DNA of 64,000 bases from Macrostomum lignano (GCA_002269645.1 NIVC01001022.1:434001-498000), one strand, 5' to 3'. Numbered from the stretch's first letter, positions 24,801 to 36,791 are shown. A program made the numbers and translations. Notes: a model not told the origin generated them from the letters alone.

Positions 24801-25509
24801 GAGCGTTCTTAATCGTGGCCGCATTAAGCAGCTCGACAAGTTTGTTGCAACGTGCTTCAATGCTCGGTATATCATCGCAGCCTTCCAGGTCATCGGCCGG
24901 TTCGCTGCTGATCAGAGACTCAAGGTCCCTTCTGAAGCCAGTCCAGTCCGCCCTTTTTAAATTGGGACGGTTCGCCTTGATGACGCGAGCGCCGCCAGCT
25001 GTGACGCTGAAATGGATGTAGAAATGGTCCGAGAGCGAGGGGATGTCGTCTCTGACCATCCAATTTTGAATCCGATTAAGGATGCTACTGGACGCAAGGG
25101 TGAGATCAATGACCTCTTTCCTGCTAGCATTCGCAAAGGTGGGTTTACGCCCCAAGTTGCAAATATGCAAATTCGAGGTGTTAATGAAATCAATAAGCAT
25201 ACTACCTCTGAGGTTAGTGTTACTGCTAGCCCACGCAGTGTTGTGAGCATTAGCGTCGCAACCAATGATGAGGTTCCGGTTCTCGATAGTACAAAAGTTT
25301 GCGAGATCCTGCAGGAGGGGTGACGGAATTTCATCCTGAATGTCCATGTAAACGGATGAGAAAAATATCCCGTTCACGGTGAAGGTACAGATGTCTTTAT
25401 TGCAAAACATCGGCATGAGCATGGCTGAGAGCTCGCACTTGACCAGAGCAATGGCCCTAGGGGTTTCCCCTCTAGAGAGGAAGAGGATCTGGTAGCCTTT
25501 TGTTCTAGC
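21848..25509 (-). mobile_element. 5'-truncated non-LTR retrotransposon (APE endonuclease - RT - RNase H - Cys/His knuckle), LOA/Lian-like, multiply frameshifted
   Basis: APE: IIGCDANAH..VIDLTLAS..SDH. RT: [39 protein letters not shown]. RNase H: [42 protein letters not shown]. (TAG)n tail at 21848-21869; 13-bp TSD AGCGCTAGAACAA at 21835-21847 and 25510-25522. Confidence 0.92.
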
Positions 25510-26285
25510 AGCGCTAGAACAAAAGCGATGCCTGGAAAACACAGTCTCTACTCTATTTTAACTCGGGAAAACAGCAAGGTTTATCCGATATAATTACATA
25601 GGCATGAAAAGATGCATCGTAGCCATCTTAGTTGTGTACTCGTAGCTACAGCTCCACCTAAATTGATATTTTCACCTATTTATCTTATTAGCAAAGTAAA
25701 ATGCGCATTAGCATAGGATGACAGAGTGAGAGACAGATATGACAGCCCAGGTCCTAAATAGCAATATCAGGCAATAGAAGGGTGCTATCGCTTCGAAACG
25801 AGCAGACGCGGTAAACAGAAGCAGACTCGAGTCATTCCTACACACAAAATGATCTGACCACCTTTTCCTTTCTGCACCGAGAACACGAGGCGCGCTGTAA
25901 TCTGCATCCACCCAACCCAGCAAGACGCAAAAAACTTAAGGGTAAGACAAGACAAAAAATGAGTGCCACCGAAGCTGGGGCTATCCAGAGCAGGAAAGAA
26001 AGTGCAGACTGAGTACAAACAAAAGAGTGGGCGATAGCTAACCATGCAGAAGGAAAAACGAGCCAGAGAAGGAAAGCAATAGCAGACAAAAAAGCAAAGT
26101 GGAGTGAGATGAAAAACAGCCCCCCCCGCCTGCTGTGACTGGAAAGAAAATTAAGCATAAGATGACGATGGAGAACAGAAATAAAAAGATCCACTAGGGC
26201 TTGAGTCTACGCTTCTAGAAAAAAAGATCAGATAGCTACCAAGACAAAGCAACGATTCAACGAAGCTCTGCAAAACAAAACAAAC

Positions 26286-27535
26286 ATGCAGCAGCAGCAG
26301 CAGCAGCAGCGCAGTCACTATCAACAGAGGATTCGTACGGGCCCGATCGCCTACGAGGAGAAGGTGAAATTCCGTGGAATCTATCTAGACAACATTTTGT
26401 ACTTGATTACATGTAGTAATCAAACTAGCACACAAAGCCCCCCCCCCCACGGGGCATCATTTTCCAATTCAAGTCAGAATGGTTTGCAATCAACATGACC
26501 ATCGAGCGCATATTAAAAGCATCGTTTCTCAAATATTTGATCCACTTGCCATTCGAATTTTTCATCGAAAAATGTTATGTATGACAAAGACAAGCAGCGC
26601 AAAATGACTATAATACATGTAGATACGATTCGAACGTTTTCTAGACTCGGGTGATCGACTTTCCGCCCGAGCACGACCAGGATGCCTACTTGCTGGGCAC
26701 ACCTCGCAGCGGAAATGTCCGACTGCGCAATGGACAGCGGCAGCAAACCAGACACAGCGACAGCCAATCTGCCCGCCAGTTCGACGTCACCGACTATCAA
26801 ACCGAGGACGACGGTCGGCAGAGAAGCCGAGTAAAGACTCGACCAGTGGTCGGCCATCACTATCCAGCCGTTCGCACCCGACCCCAGTCTCAGGCGCCAA
26901 GCGTTAGCAACTACACGGTCGCTGGGAATGGCAGCGGGTACTTTGAAAATCCACTATACGAGAGTCACCGGCCAATAAGCGAACGGTTTCAACCACAGCA
27001 GAAGCAGCCGCCGCCGCCGCCTTCAGCAACCGTCCAGTCGCCCGTTGGGAAACGTGTAGCAGCAGGAAAGCAGCGAATGCAGCAGGAGCAAAAGCCGCAA
27101 GGTTCCACCACAGAGACCGAATGGTCTCGACAGCGAGCTAACTCGGAATCTTCGTTCGGCGGACGACTTTTCTTCGGCTGGCGGCGCCCTACATACGAAG
27201 CGGCGGCTACTCAGGGACCTGCCGACGGCGACGTAGTAACCGCCGGGGAGCTGGAGCAGCAGCAACCACCGCAGTATCGGGGCAAGAATTTGCACAACTT
27301 CTCATTTACGGACGCCAAGATCTATAGTCCGCAATCGCATTCTCAACAGCAGCAAAGGCAAATTCTGCAACCAAGCAAGCAGCCAACAAAACAGCAGTCG
27401 CAGCAACAGCAGCCTCGCGCAAAGATCTGGTGGGCAATGGAGACAATGGGCGCTGTGAATAGCGCCCATAGCAACCAGATGCTGCTGGCAAAAGGCGCAC
27501 CAAAAGCGGTGAAAGTTCAAGGCGACTACTGCTAG
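26286..27535 (+). CDS. Uncharacterised Gln/Ser-rich protein; exons 26286-26363 and 26645-27535 (further 5' exons possible)
   Basis: Phase-0 junction AAG|GTGAAA ... TTTCTAG|ACT; GC-rich open frame against AT-rich flanks; no recognisable domain. Confidence 0.5.
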
Positions 27536-28206
27536 TAATCCCCTTCCACTCTGCTGAGTATATAACATTTTAAATGATGAAAAACAAAAACTCCACCTTA
27601 TTTAACACAAGCTATTATTTTTGTTGTCTTATTAAACCAAAAGCCAAACAAATAAATTTTTTTAACCTGTTTCATATCCTAATACGTTTATTTATCAATA
27701 AAAATATAAGTACAAGGCTCAGAAAAATAAGAGATTGTGTTTTATTTTTTTTTAAATATCAACCTTTGCATTCTGCATCTATGCAGACGGTATTTATTAA
27801 GACTAATAGTGTTAAAAAATAAGAGAATAAAATAATCATCTATTCATTTGTGACAGGCAATAAGTTTCTGTGCATTCGCTACATACTACTTGCATAGTTC
27901 CTAAGACTAGATTAAAAATAAATATATATCTAGTTTCATATTTCGCACTCAAATGCGCGGAAAGTGCACGACGTCAATAAACGAGTAAAAAGACAAAAAA
28001 AATTTTTAAACTAAGCATGCCTACACGTATGCTACTAGTAGTAATAAAAAAAGATGCACAAATTTCTAATTGCAGCCAATATACCTCGTATGTGTGTGTG
28101 CATCGCGAGAGGTAACAAATGCAAATTTGCAAAGTAAATTTCTATATTGCACAAATATCTACACGGTTCAGGTAATGGGGTAAAGTCTAGTAATATGGAT
28201 TACCTG

Positions 28207-29672
28207 CTACTGACTCGGGCTGCTGGCCACACCATTAGAGGCAGCATAAACTGTTAGTTCATCTGTCTTGACTTTTCTGCTACCACGCCAGACTTTTAGG
28301 CCTCCAATTAGAATTCTTCGAAACCAAATAATATTTAGCACGTCTAGTAGGCCGCTGAACAGGGTCCAGAACGCGAACGTGATCGGAAAGCGAAATATGA
28401 AGAATTTGCCGCTACCAGTGAGAAAGTTGACAACTTTGATCCAATAGAATGGTATTAGAACGATCCGACCGGCTGCGAATGATACCTGGAAGTTGAGTAA
28501 CATGCGAGTAGAAGCTGAGTTAATAGCTCGTATCATTTTTAACAGAAACATATAGGAATTTTTTTTTTGTTTCCAACTCGTTTCGTTGATCATAAGACGT
28601 CGTTAGAGTTTCAAACGAAGCTTAGAACATCGGAGAACGCAAAAAACCCAACTTGAATGTACAGCTAGCTGGCAATGGGGTGGAGCGTGAGCGCAGAGTA
28701 ACGTGAGCAGTGCCATGTCTACTCTCTCTCTCTTTCTCTCCCTCTGTTCTGTACTTGGGTTCGTTTTGAAACTCTACCGGCTGTTTTGACCCGTCTTTGG
28801 ACTGTACAGCTGGTTCTTCTTAAATATATGCTGGCGTGTAAAGAACACTTGGATTAAATTGACCCTGATGTCTATGATATACGAAACGCGTTGGCAACAT
28901 AAAAATGATACTATATGTTTCTGTTGGCGTCTTCGTATTATTCAGTTTTTCTTTCAAGATGTGGCATATCATATAGATGAGAAGACAGCTGTATCATTAA
29001 CGAGGAAAGAAAGCTATAATTCTCAGCTTGTATCCACGACAAAGCAGAGCTATCACATTATCTATCGTCAAGGAAACCAAAAGCAACAAGCACCGATGAT
29101 GGAACACTCACTGCAAGGACCAGTGAATTAACAGAGTTCAGCATCGGCGCCCTATTCCGATAGCCGGAGATCCGGAAGAACCACATTAAATTCACAAACG
29201 GCGTGCTGACCTCCGAGATGAGTCGGAACAGAACAAAATACTGCAGCATACCGTAGTGCGTGCAGTACAAAAAGCAGATCATTGCCACACAATGGTGCAA
29301 CAGATACGGACCCATTTCTTTCCAAGTCATGTAGGCCAGCATTCCAACACAATCGGCGAGCATATAGCCAGCCATGACAACCATGGCTGCGGTTAGGAAC
29401 CACCAGCTGCCGCCAAGATTCTTTGGATCGTTGAATAAGCTGACTGGCTGACAGAGCCAGCAGACTAGGCAGACAAGACAGCAGAAGACTGCGTGCACCG
29501 AGGAGCCGACTCGGGCGTCCCATTCGAGTCTTTGTTCGCGTGTTAAACTACCGTAGCTAGAGGGGCACCAATTGGCGCTGAATTTTGGGCTCAAATTCCA
29601 GTTGAAATGAGCAAAACCAAAAAATGATGCGACACCGCCTAAAGTGCTCCAATTTAGTAGCATGAGGACCAA
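28207..29672 (-). CDS. TLCD4: TLC-domain membrane protein (TLCD4/TMEM56-like); exons 29672-29112 and 28485-28207
   Basis: EWDARVGSSVHA, GYMLAD, LLHH, EVSTPFVNLMWFF, F..GRI motifs; phase-0 GCA|GTGAGT ... CCAG|GTA junction. Confidence 0.85.
28570..28897. mobile_element. Internally deleted copy of the foldback MITE family, in the TLCD4-like intron
   Basis: Shares sequence with 31150-31392 (GCTGGCAATGGGGTGGAGCGTGA.., GAAACTCTACCGG.., GACCCGTCTTTGGA); imperfect ~30-bp terminal inverted repeats CCAAC(T/G)CGTTTCGT.. Confidence 0.65.
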
Positions 29673-29821
29673 TTATGCGACTTTCGTGTTCGTTTGTACT
29701 TTGTAAATAAAGCGGTCTCTCTTTGTCTGCGGAACATAAATAAATATTTTTGTTCGTGGTTGAAAGTTTATTTAATAATTCGTTTAATTTCTCAACATAA
29801 AGTTGTTGCTACTTTAGCTAC

Positions 29822-30196
29822 AGAAGGGCCGGCTACAGAGGGGCGCCAGCTACAGAGGGGCGCCAGCTACAGAGGAGGCGCCAGCTACAGAGGGGGCGCC
29901 AGCTACAGAGGGGGCGCCAGCTACAGAGGGGGCGCCAGCTACAGAGGGGGCGCCAGCTACAGAGGGGGCGCCAGCTACAGAGGGGGCACCAGCTACAGAG
30001 GGGGCACCAGCTACAGAGGGGGCGCCAGCTACAGAGGGGGCGCCAGCTACAGAGGGGGCGCCAGCTACAGAGGAAGCGCCAGCTACAGAGGGGGCGCCAG
30101 CTACAGAGGAGGCGCCAGCTACAGAGGAGGCGCCAGCTACAGAGGGGGCGCCAGCTACAGAGGAGGCGCCAGCTACAGAGGGGGCGCCAGCTACAG
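29822..30196. repeat. 18-bp minisatellite (GCCAGCTACAGAGGGGGC)
   Basis: About twenty tandem copies. Confidence 0.95.
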
Positions 30197-30961
30197 AGTC
30201 ACAGACTAAGAGAGGTCTCAAGACTGCTGCTGGTAGCTGTCTGCAACAAGCTGCCTGTCAGCGCGAATCTTCAGTACTTTACTATTTCTCATGCAGCTAG
30301 CTGTTGTCTTTTCTTACTCGAAAACTGCTATGGAAGTGAAAGAACAAGTCAAAGTCCGAAGCACATTTAAAAATGAAATAAAATAAAATGTTTAATTTTT
30401 TGCATCCTTTCTTCGTCATTAAGCAGCTGCAAACCTGTCGCAACGAAACACACACTGAATAAATCATTACATGTATAAAGCACAGTCACTATCAGCGTTA
30501 GCAGTGAGCTGTCGGGTGTTCCAAATTCAAAAGCAATAAAATAAAATATTAGACAGGGGCAAAATGTAAAAAAATGAGTCAGACATATAATAGTTTCAGT
30601 TAATAGAGCAGCTTTGAACTGTATATCAGGTTTTTGTTCAGCTTTCATAAAAATAAAATAAAAGTGTCTTATAAACTAAACAGTGTCCACACAAAATCAC
30701 ACAATAAACAAAAGGCTAAAGAGATCCAAGGGTGCTGATGAAGAATCATAAACGAAATTTATTTTTGGCAAATTCTGGCACATGTAAACAGAAATATAAT
30801 TTTTACACAAAGACAGCTGAATAAGTAATAAATTAGACTTCAACTACGAATTTGTTTTGTTAGCAATGTTTCATCACAGATTCCATGGAAGTGTAGCTCT
30901 TCTAACAAAAAGTAAGAAAAATTAACGCCAACAGAAACATATAATGCAGTTTTTCCTTGCA

Positions 30962-31392
30962 GTCAACGCGTTTCGTCAATTCAACACACCAGTATGTTTA
31001 AGAATAACAAACTGTACAGTCCAAAGACGGCTCCAAACAGACCGGTAGAGTCTCAAAACGGACCAAAGCACAGAACGGAGGGAGAGAGAGAGAGCAGACA
31101 CGGCACTGCTCACAGCACTCCGAGCCCACGCTCCACCCCATTGCCAGCTACAAGTAGTTTTAAACGGAGCTTCGTATATCAAAATGCAAACCTAACTTGA
31201 ATGTACAGCTGGCAATGGGGTGGAGCGTGAACTCAGAGTACTGTGAGCAGTGGCGTGTCTGTTCTCTCTCTCTCCCTCCGCTCTGCACTTTGATTCGTTT
31301 TGAAACTCTACCGGAGTTTTGACCCGTCTTTGGAATGTACAGTCTGTTATTCTCAAACATACTGGTGTGCTGAATTGACGAAACGCGTCAAC
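30962..31392. mobile_element. Foldback/MITE-like element with ~190-bp imperfect inverted arms
   Basis: 30962-~31150 is the approximate reverse complement of ~31200-31392; termini GTCAACGCGTTTCGTCAATTCA / TGAATTGACGAAACGCGTCAAC. Confidence 0.8.
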
Positions 31393-31558
31393 CACAAAGA
31401 AGAAATGCATTATATGTTTCTGTTGGCGTTCATTTTCCCACAGATTCTACATTATCATAATGTCTTATTGAAGACATTTCGATGTCTTTTTGTTTAAGTG
31501 GAACAACTCGAAAATGATGGACTATTTGCGGTCTTTGACAATCAAATCAGCTTGGTGA

Positions 31559-32374
31559 TCACTTCGATTTCACTTCGCCGTCAAGAGGAGCATTCCGAGC
31601 AAAATATTTCTGCATCAACTTTTTTGCGCCGAGAAAGAGCTTCTTAGTCCAAAAGATGTTTAAAAAGTCGATAAGAAAAGCAAGAACAATATAGCTGACT
31701 CCAGCCGGCAGTCGCTCTCTGAAGATGATGAAATCTGTGGCTATATTATCCCGCACAACCAGATACCAGTAGATGGGCAGCGGCGCTATCCGGGTGCTAA
31801 CAAAGGTCACTAGCAGCACTAAAGAATTCAGCAAATTCAAATTCGGATATTTGTCAGCAGTTCGAGTTGTTTTAAAGAACCAAAGCTGATTAACAAACGG
31901 TGTGCTGAGCTCGGTGACGTAGCGCACAGACAGGAAACTGTGCACGGCCGGTTGAGCAAGAAATGCAACAGTGCCAACAAAGCCAACCCAATGATGCAGC
32001 TGGTATTGCAGCATCTCCCAGCCGCGTAAATAGCGAAACATGTACAGGGCGTCAACTAGCATGTAGCCGCACGTGACTGACAAGCCAAGCGTCATCACCC
32101 AGCTAGTAGCATTAATAGAAGATTGCCACAGCTCAGGCTTAACTAGGCAATAAGCTCCAATTAGGAAAGCCAGGATAGCGTGTACAGTTGAGCACACACG
32201 ACTGTGCCATTCCAACTGTTGATTGCGCGCCAATTGCTTGAAAGTGTCGCCAAATATTCGGCTATTTATAGCATCAAACCGGTAGATAATTAGCCATATT
32301 ATGCAGGAGATTAGCACATAGGCTGGCCAATAAGCGGCTGGTGACTGCCAAAATACTTGTTCAGCGGTCATCAT
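31559..32374 (-). CDS. TLCD4: Second TLC-domain protein (TLCD4/TMEM56-like), intronless, 271 aa
   Basis: EWHSRVCSTVHA, GYMLVD, LHH, ELSTPFVNQLWFF, TRIAPLPIYW, D.LNIFW.KKL motifs. Confidence 0.85.
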   Translation of the reverse strand: MMTAEQVFWQSPAAYWPAYVLISCIIWLIIYRFDAINSRIFGDTFKQLARNQQLEWHSRVCSTVHAILAFLIGAYCLVKPELWQSSINATSWVMTLGLSVTCGYMLVDALYMFRYLRGWEMLQYQLHHWVGFVGTVAFLAQPAVHSFLSVRYVTELSTPFVNQLWFFKTTRTADKYPNLNLLNSLVLLVTFVSTRIAPLPIYWYLVVRDNIATDFIIFRERLPAGVSYIVLAFLIDFLNIFWTKKLFLGAKKLMQKYFARNAPLDGEVKSK

Positions 32375-32517
32375 TGGCTGCGCCTCTTTTTCAATGAAAA
32401 TTAGGAAAAATATTGAATCATTTTTATTAGCCGCTGCAATTACATCTGGCTGATGTGACCTGCTAGAAAAGATAAACGACCCTACCTAATAATTATATAG
32501 TTATTAAATAGTACTTT

Positions 32518-32874
32518 GGGGGGCGTAGCTTAGTGGTCCAGCGCGGTGCTCTGATGTGCCAGCAGCCCAGGCTCGATTCCAAGTGCAATCACATTAAGTT
32601 GGGGCTAAATTGGAATCTCGGCTTGGCTCTGCTCGTGCAATTAACGCCCAGCTTGAGGGCCAACCCCCAAGGCACAGTGAAGTGTACATTCCTTCACTGT
32701 GATAAGTAAAGTTAGGGCCGCTGTACACTACTGTGTGAGTGTGTGCCTGTGCGTGTGACTGCGTACGTATCCGTGGCGCTTGTGTGCCTGCTCAGGGGAG
32801 TCGGCGGAATGGGCAGCAATGCCTCTCGCTGGTTGTGCGACAATTTCACTTAAAGTGCGCAACGATATTAATTG
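32518..32874 (+). mobile_element. tRNA-derived SINE, family A, copy 1
   Basis: A-box TAGCTTAGTGG and B-box-like GGCTCGATTCC; body homologous to 50479-50844; 11-bp TSD AATAGTACTTT (32507-32517, 32875-32885). Confidence 0.85.
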
Positions 32875-33659
32875 AATAGTACTTTCTATACTATATACTA
32901 CTTACTAAGTAGCTAAAATCCTCTCACTTACGAGAAGTCGAAAAACCTAACCTATATTTTTTCAACTTACAATTGAGAACAATAACATAAAGTACACGTA
33001 GCTAGTGGAAACAAAGTAGGCTAAAGTGTTTTATTCAAAATTAAACTTGGCAGCAAATTAGTTAAAAACAAACACATAAACAAATAATTAAGACAAAACT
33101 GAATGTCTAGAATGCGCTTATAACAACAGAAAGCAAATTGCTTCATAAAAACAAAATCTGAATTATTGTCTAGCAAGCTTTGAAAGCACTTTTAGTCAAG
33201 TATAAATAAGTATGCTCGAAGATATATGGTAGCTATAGTACTGTCAGTAGTTTGATTAAAGATCCTAATAAACAGCATTTGCGATACTTGGATATACAAG
33301 ACTTGATTATAAAGTATTGAATACATAGGTAATTGGTTCGTCCCATGGGCTATAAAGTTAATAGAAGAAATGCCATCAAAACAAAGCACTGGCATTTTCA
33401 AGAATAAAAATGGAACAGTTTGGAATAGTGTGAAAAATAATTGATTTCAAGTTCTCTAAGAATTCGTTCAACGTTGGATGTCGAAAATATATGGAAGAAA
33501 CAGGTACGCACAGGAATAGACAAAGAAAAGCATTTAACTTGTTAGAGCAATAGTTTGCTTTGGATATTCTTGATTTGATTTAAATTTTCAACCCTGCATT
33601 AAACCGAAAGTTGCGATAAGAAAATAGTTAATCTCTTAGTACGAGCCGTGTTTAAAAAA

Positions 33660-34930
33660 ATGGGGAGTTGCGGAGATGTCAAGGCTTATTGGGGAGTTGC
33701 TGAGATGCCAACTGGCTCATTGGGGAGTTGCTGAGATGCCAAGGCTTATTGGGGAGTTGCTGAGATGCCAACTGGCTCATTGGGGAGTTGCTGAGATGTC
33801 AAGGCTTATTGGGGAGTTGCTGAGATGCCAAGGCTTATTGGGGAGTTGCTGAGATGCCAAGGCTTATGGGGGAGTTGCTGAGATGTCAAGGCTTATTGGG
33901 GAGTTGCTGAGATGCCAAGGCTTATTGGGGAGTTGCTGAGATGTCAAGGCTTATTGGGGAGTTGCTGAGATGCCAATTGGCTCATTGGGGAGTTGCTGAG
34001 ATGTCAAGGCTTATTGGGGAGTTGCTGAGATGCCAAGGCTTATTGGGGAGTTGCTGAGATGCCAAGGCTTATGGGGGAGTTGCTGAGATGTCAAGGCTTA
34101 TTGGGGAGTTGCTGAGATGCCAAGGCTTATTGGGGAGTTGCTGAGATGTCAAGGCTTATTGGGGAGTTGCTGAGATGCCAATTGGCTCATTGGGGAGTTG
34201 CTGAGATGTCAAGGCTTATTGGGGAGTTGCTGAGATGTCAAGGCTTATTGGGGAGTTGCTGAGATGCCAATTGGCTCATTGGGGAGTTGCTGAGATGTCA
34301 AGGCTTATTGGGGAGTTGATGAGATGTCAAGGCTTATTGGGGAGTTGCTGAGATGCCAAGGCTTATTGGGGAGTTGCTGAGATGCCAATTGGCTCATTGG
34401 GGAGTTGCTGAGATGCCAATTGGCTCATTGGGGAGTTGCTGAGATGTCAAGGCTTATTGGGGAGTTGCTGAGATTTCAAGGCTCATGGGGAGAGTTGCTG
34501 AGATGTCAAGGCTTATTGGGGAGTTGCTGAGATTTCAAGGCTCATGGGGAGAGTTGCTGAGATGTCAAGGCTTATTGGGGAGTTGCTGAGATGCTAAGGC
34601 TTATTGGGGAGTTGCTGAGATGCCAATTGACTCATTGGGGAGTTGCTGAGATGCCAATTGGCTCATTGGGGAGTTGCTGAGATGTCAAGGCTTATTGGGG
34701 AGTTGCTGAGATTTCAAGGCTCATGGGGAGAGTTGCTGAGATGTCAAGGCTCATGGGGAGAGTTGCTGAGATGTCAAGGCTCATGGGGAGAGTTGCTGAG
34801 ATGTGAAGGCTTTTGGGGAAAGTTGCTGAGATGTGAAGGCTCTTGGGGGAGAGTTGCTGAGATGTGAAGGCTCTAGGGGGGGGGAGAGAGTTGCTGATAT
34901 GTGAAGACTCATGGAGGAGTTGCTGAGATG
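33660..34930. repeat. ~29-30-bp minisatellite (GGGGAGTTGCTGAGATGTCAAGGCTTATT)
   Basis: Tandem array of variant units. Confidence 0.95.
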
Positions 34931-35252
34931 GATGCTAAGGGTCTTTTGGGAGTTGTTGCATCAGAGCATCAAAGGGAGAGGTTGTGGTTAAGCAATGGCT
35001 CAACGGGAGGCTTTGATGCCAAAGCCCAAAGGGAGTGCTGATATCTTAGGTTAGATAGCTGGCTTTCAGGGCTGATGCATTTTTGCTGTAAGCGTCATTT
35101 TCCCTAAGAAACGAACAATAGATATTTCAAACATTTTTTTCTTTGTTGTTTCCCCAACGGGGGGGGGCGTTGCGTTGCTAGTCCACATACACTAATTTGA
35201 CGATTCAATGTACATTTAGGCACTATTACTAGCAGAAAAGAGCAGTTAGGCT

Positions 35253-36791
35253 TTAGGCATTCGAATGACAATTTAGTGTCTGTTGCATACTAACATTGTA
35301 TGTTAGATCGGTCCTACTTTTGCAAGAACGATGACCGCAGAGACTCAATTCCTTGCATGACACACAACAGCGCAGTCTACCAGACGGGTGGAGACACATA
35401 TAGTACAGTGCCATGAACAGTAGGCCAACGAAAAAGGAACCCAGTCCCATCGATACGAGGACTAATGAAACGTTAAACTGATACGTGAACGGCGCCAAAG
35501 ACTCGTCGCGAAGGAAGAACCAAATGCCAAGTAGAGTGAAATTCTCTACACCAACCAACGAATAGTACACGATATACTTCAGCCTAGTACGGCCTTCGAG
35601 CACGTTAAAATAATCGAAACACATGACAACCGAGACTACTAGATTGTAGCAAAACTCTAAAAATCTCTTGCCGTTGCAGAAGTCGGTACGTTGGCACATA
35701 ATCCAGACCAGCATTAGGCCATAATGGCATGCTAGAAAGCCAATAAGAAGAAAGGGTCGCGTAGCCGCAGTCAAGGATAACGCCATTACCCGCGAGAAGA
35801 CAATAAACAGTTTCCACAATAGCATAACAATAAAGGCTGGTATGCTTAGCTTCTTCTTGTCGATTCGGCCCGACCTCAAAGCCGACTGATAAGAGCAAAC
35901 AGCGTAGCTCAAAGCGAACAGCGAGATCAAACTGGACACAGCCTGCAGTCGCCATTGAAGCGTACTTGTAACTGACCAATCGGTTATAAAACTAACGTAC
36001 GACGCTAGATTATAAGTAACCTCTCCGTTAAAAGCACTAGTGCTGATACTACTACTACTACTATTAGTAACGGCACGACTCTTCAACATGATAGACAACT
36101 GCAACAACAACTGGGGCGCCGATTCTGTAAACGCTTCGAACATTCTCAGCATAGCGTTATCGGCTTCGTTTGACAACACTTGAAAGTACAAATCGTCTCG
36201 ACGCTTCCGGATAGCGCCAATCGCTACGGCGAAGCATTCGCCAACTCGCAACACCGGGGCCAGCTGTAGCACGTGCAGAGCTAATCGAAAGCACCAACGA
36301 GCCCTACTAGCTGGACTGCGTTGATGATCGGCGAAATACCAGGCCAGGCTAAAGCCGGCTATGACTAAACTGGGCACAGCGACGAATACCGTTGTCAAAG
36401 TGAAGTGCAGCATAGCCGACTGACGATAATAAACTATCGCCAAGTAGATATCGGAACCAATGTCCAGAAAGTAGGTGCAGATGGTAAACAAGTAAAGCAT
36501 GAAATTGTAGCAAGCAATCTGAGGCATTTCGGTACAAAACACATCTGCGTTGTCGCCGCGTCCCGAGTGGAGCATCGATGCGTCTGAAGGCTCTTGCCGA
36601 CTGTCCACAACTTCTAGAGTGGCAAGTAGGTTATCACGCTGAGACGCTGCATCAGCATTCAGTGAATGCAACATGCTTCTAGTGAGTAAAACTTTTTCAC
36701 CACGTCGGCGACATTCTAAAGCTGCGACGCGAGCCAGCATTGCCTCATCAGGCAGATGCTGCCGCTGATTCAATTGTGACTGCTCGGCTGT
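35253..36791 (-). CDS. XKR: XK-related protein (XKR scramblase family); one large coding exon, first ATG at 36740, splice acceptor TTTGCAG ending at 36792
   Basis: YFLDIGSDIYLA, VPSLVIAGFSLAWY, LHVLQLAP, LRMFEAFTESAPQLLLQL, FSRVMALSL and YY....VEN motifs typical of XKR proteins. Confidence 0.88.
   Translation of the reverse strand, partial: TAEQSQLNQRQHLPDEAMLARVAALECRRRGEKVLLTRSMLHSLNADAASQRDNLLATLEVVDSRQEPSDASMLHSGRGDNADVFCTEMPQIACYNFMLYLFTICTYFLDIGSDIYLAIVYYRQSAMLHFTLTTVFVAVPSLVIAGFSLAWYFADHQRSPASRARWCFRLALHVLQLAPVLRVGECFAVAIGAIRKRRDDLYFQVLSNEADNAMLRMFEAFTESAPQLLLQLSIMLKSRAVTNSSSSSISTSAFNGEVTYNLASYVSFITDWSVTSTLQWRLQAVSSLISLFALSYAVCSYQSALRSGRIDKKKLSIPAFIVMLLWKLFIVFSRVMALSLTAATRPFLLIGFLACHYGLMLVWIMCQRTDFCNGKRFLEFCYNLVVSVVMCFDYFNVLEGRTRLKYIVYYSLVGVENFTLLGIWFFLRDESLAPFTYQFNVSLVLVSMGLGSFFVGLLFMALYYMCLHPSGRLRCCVSCKELSLCGHRSCKSRTDLTYNVSMQQTLNCHSNA

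Noticed and set aside
29694-30221. (RGGASY)n RGG/prion-like ORF and its antisense (VAGAPS)n
   Set aside because: Product of an 18-bp minisatellite with no unique coding flanks or splice support.
31365-31392. Hammerhead ribozyme core in the foldback termini (CTGAATTGACGAAACGCG; CTGATGTC..CGAAACGCG at ~28864-28892)
   Set aside because: The CUGANGA core is not intact and there is no convincing stem II; only GAAAC matches.
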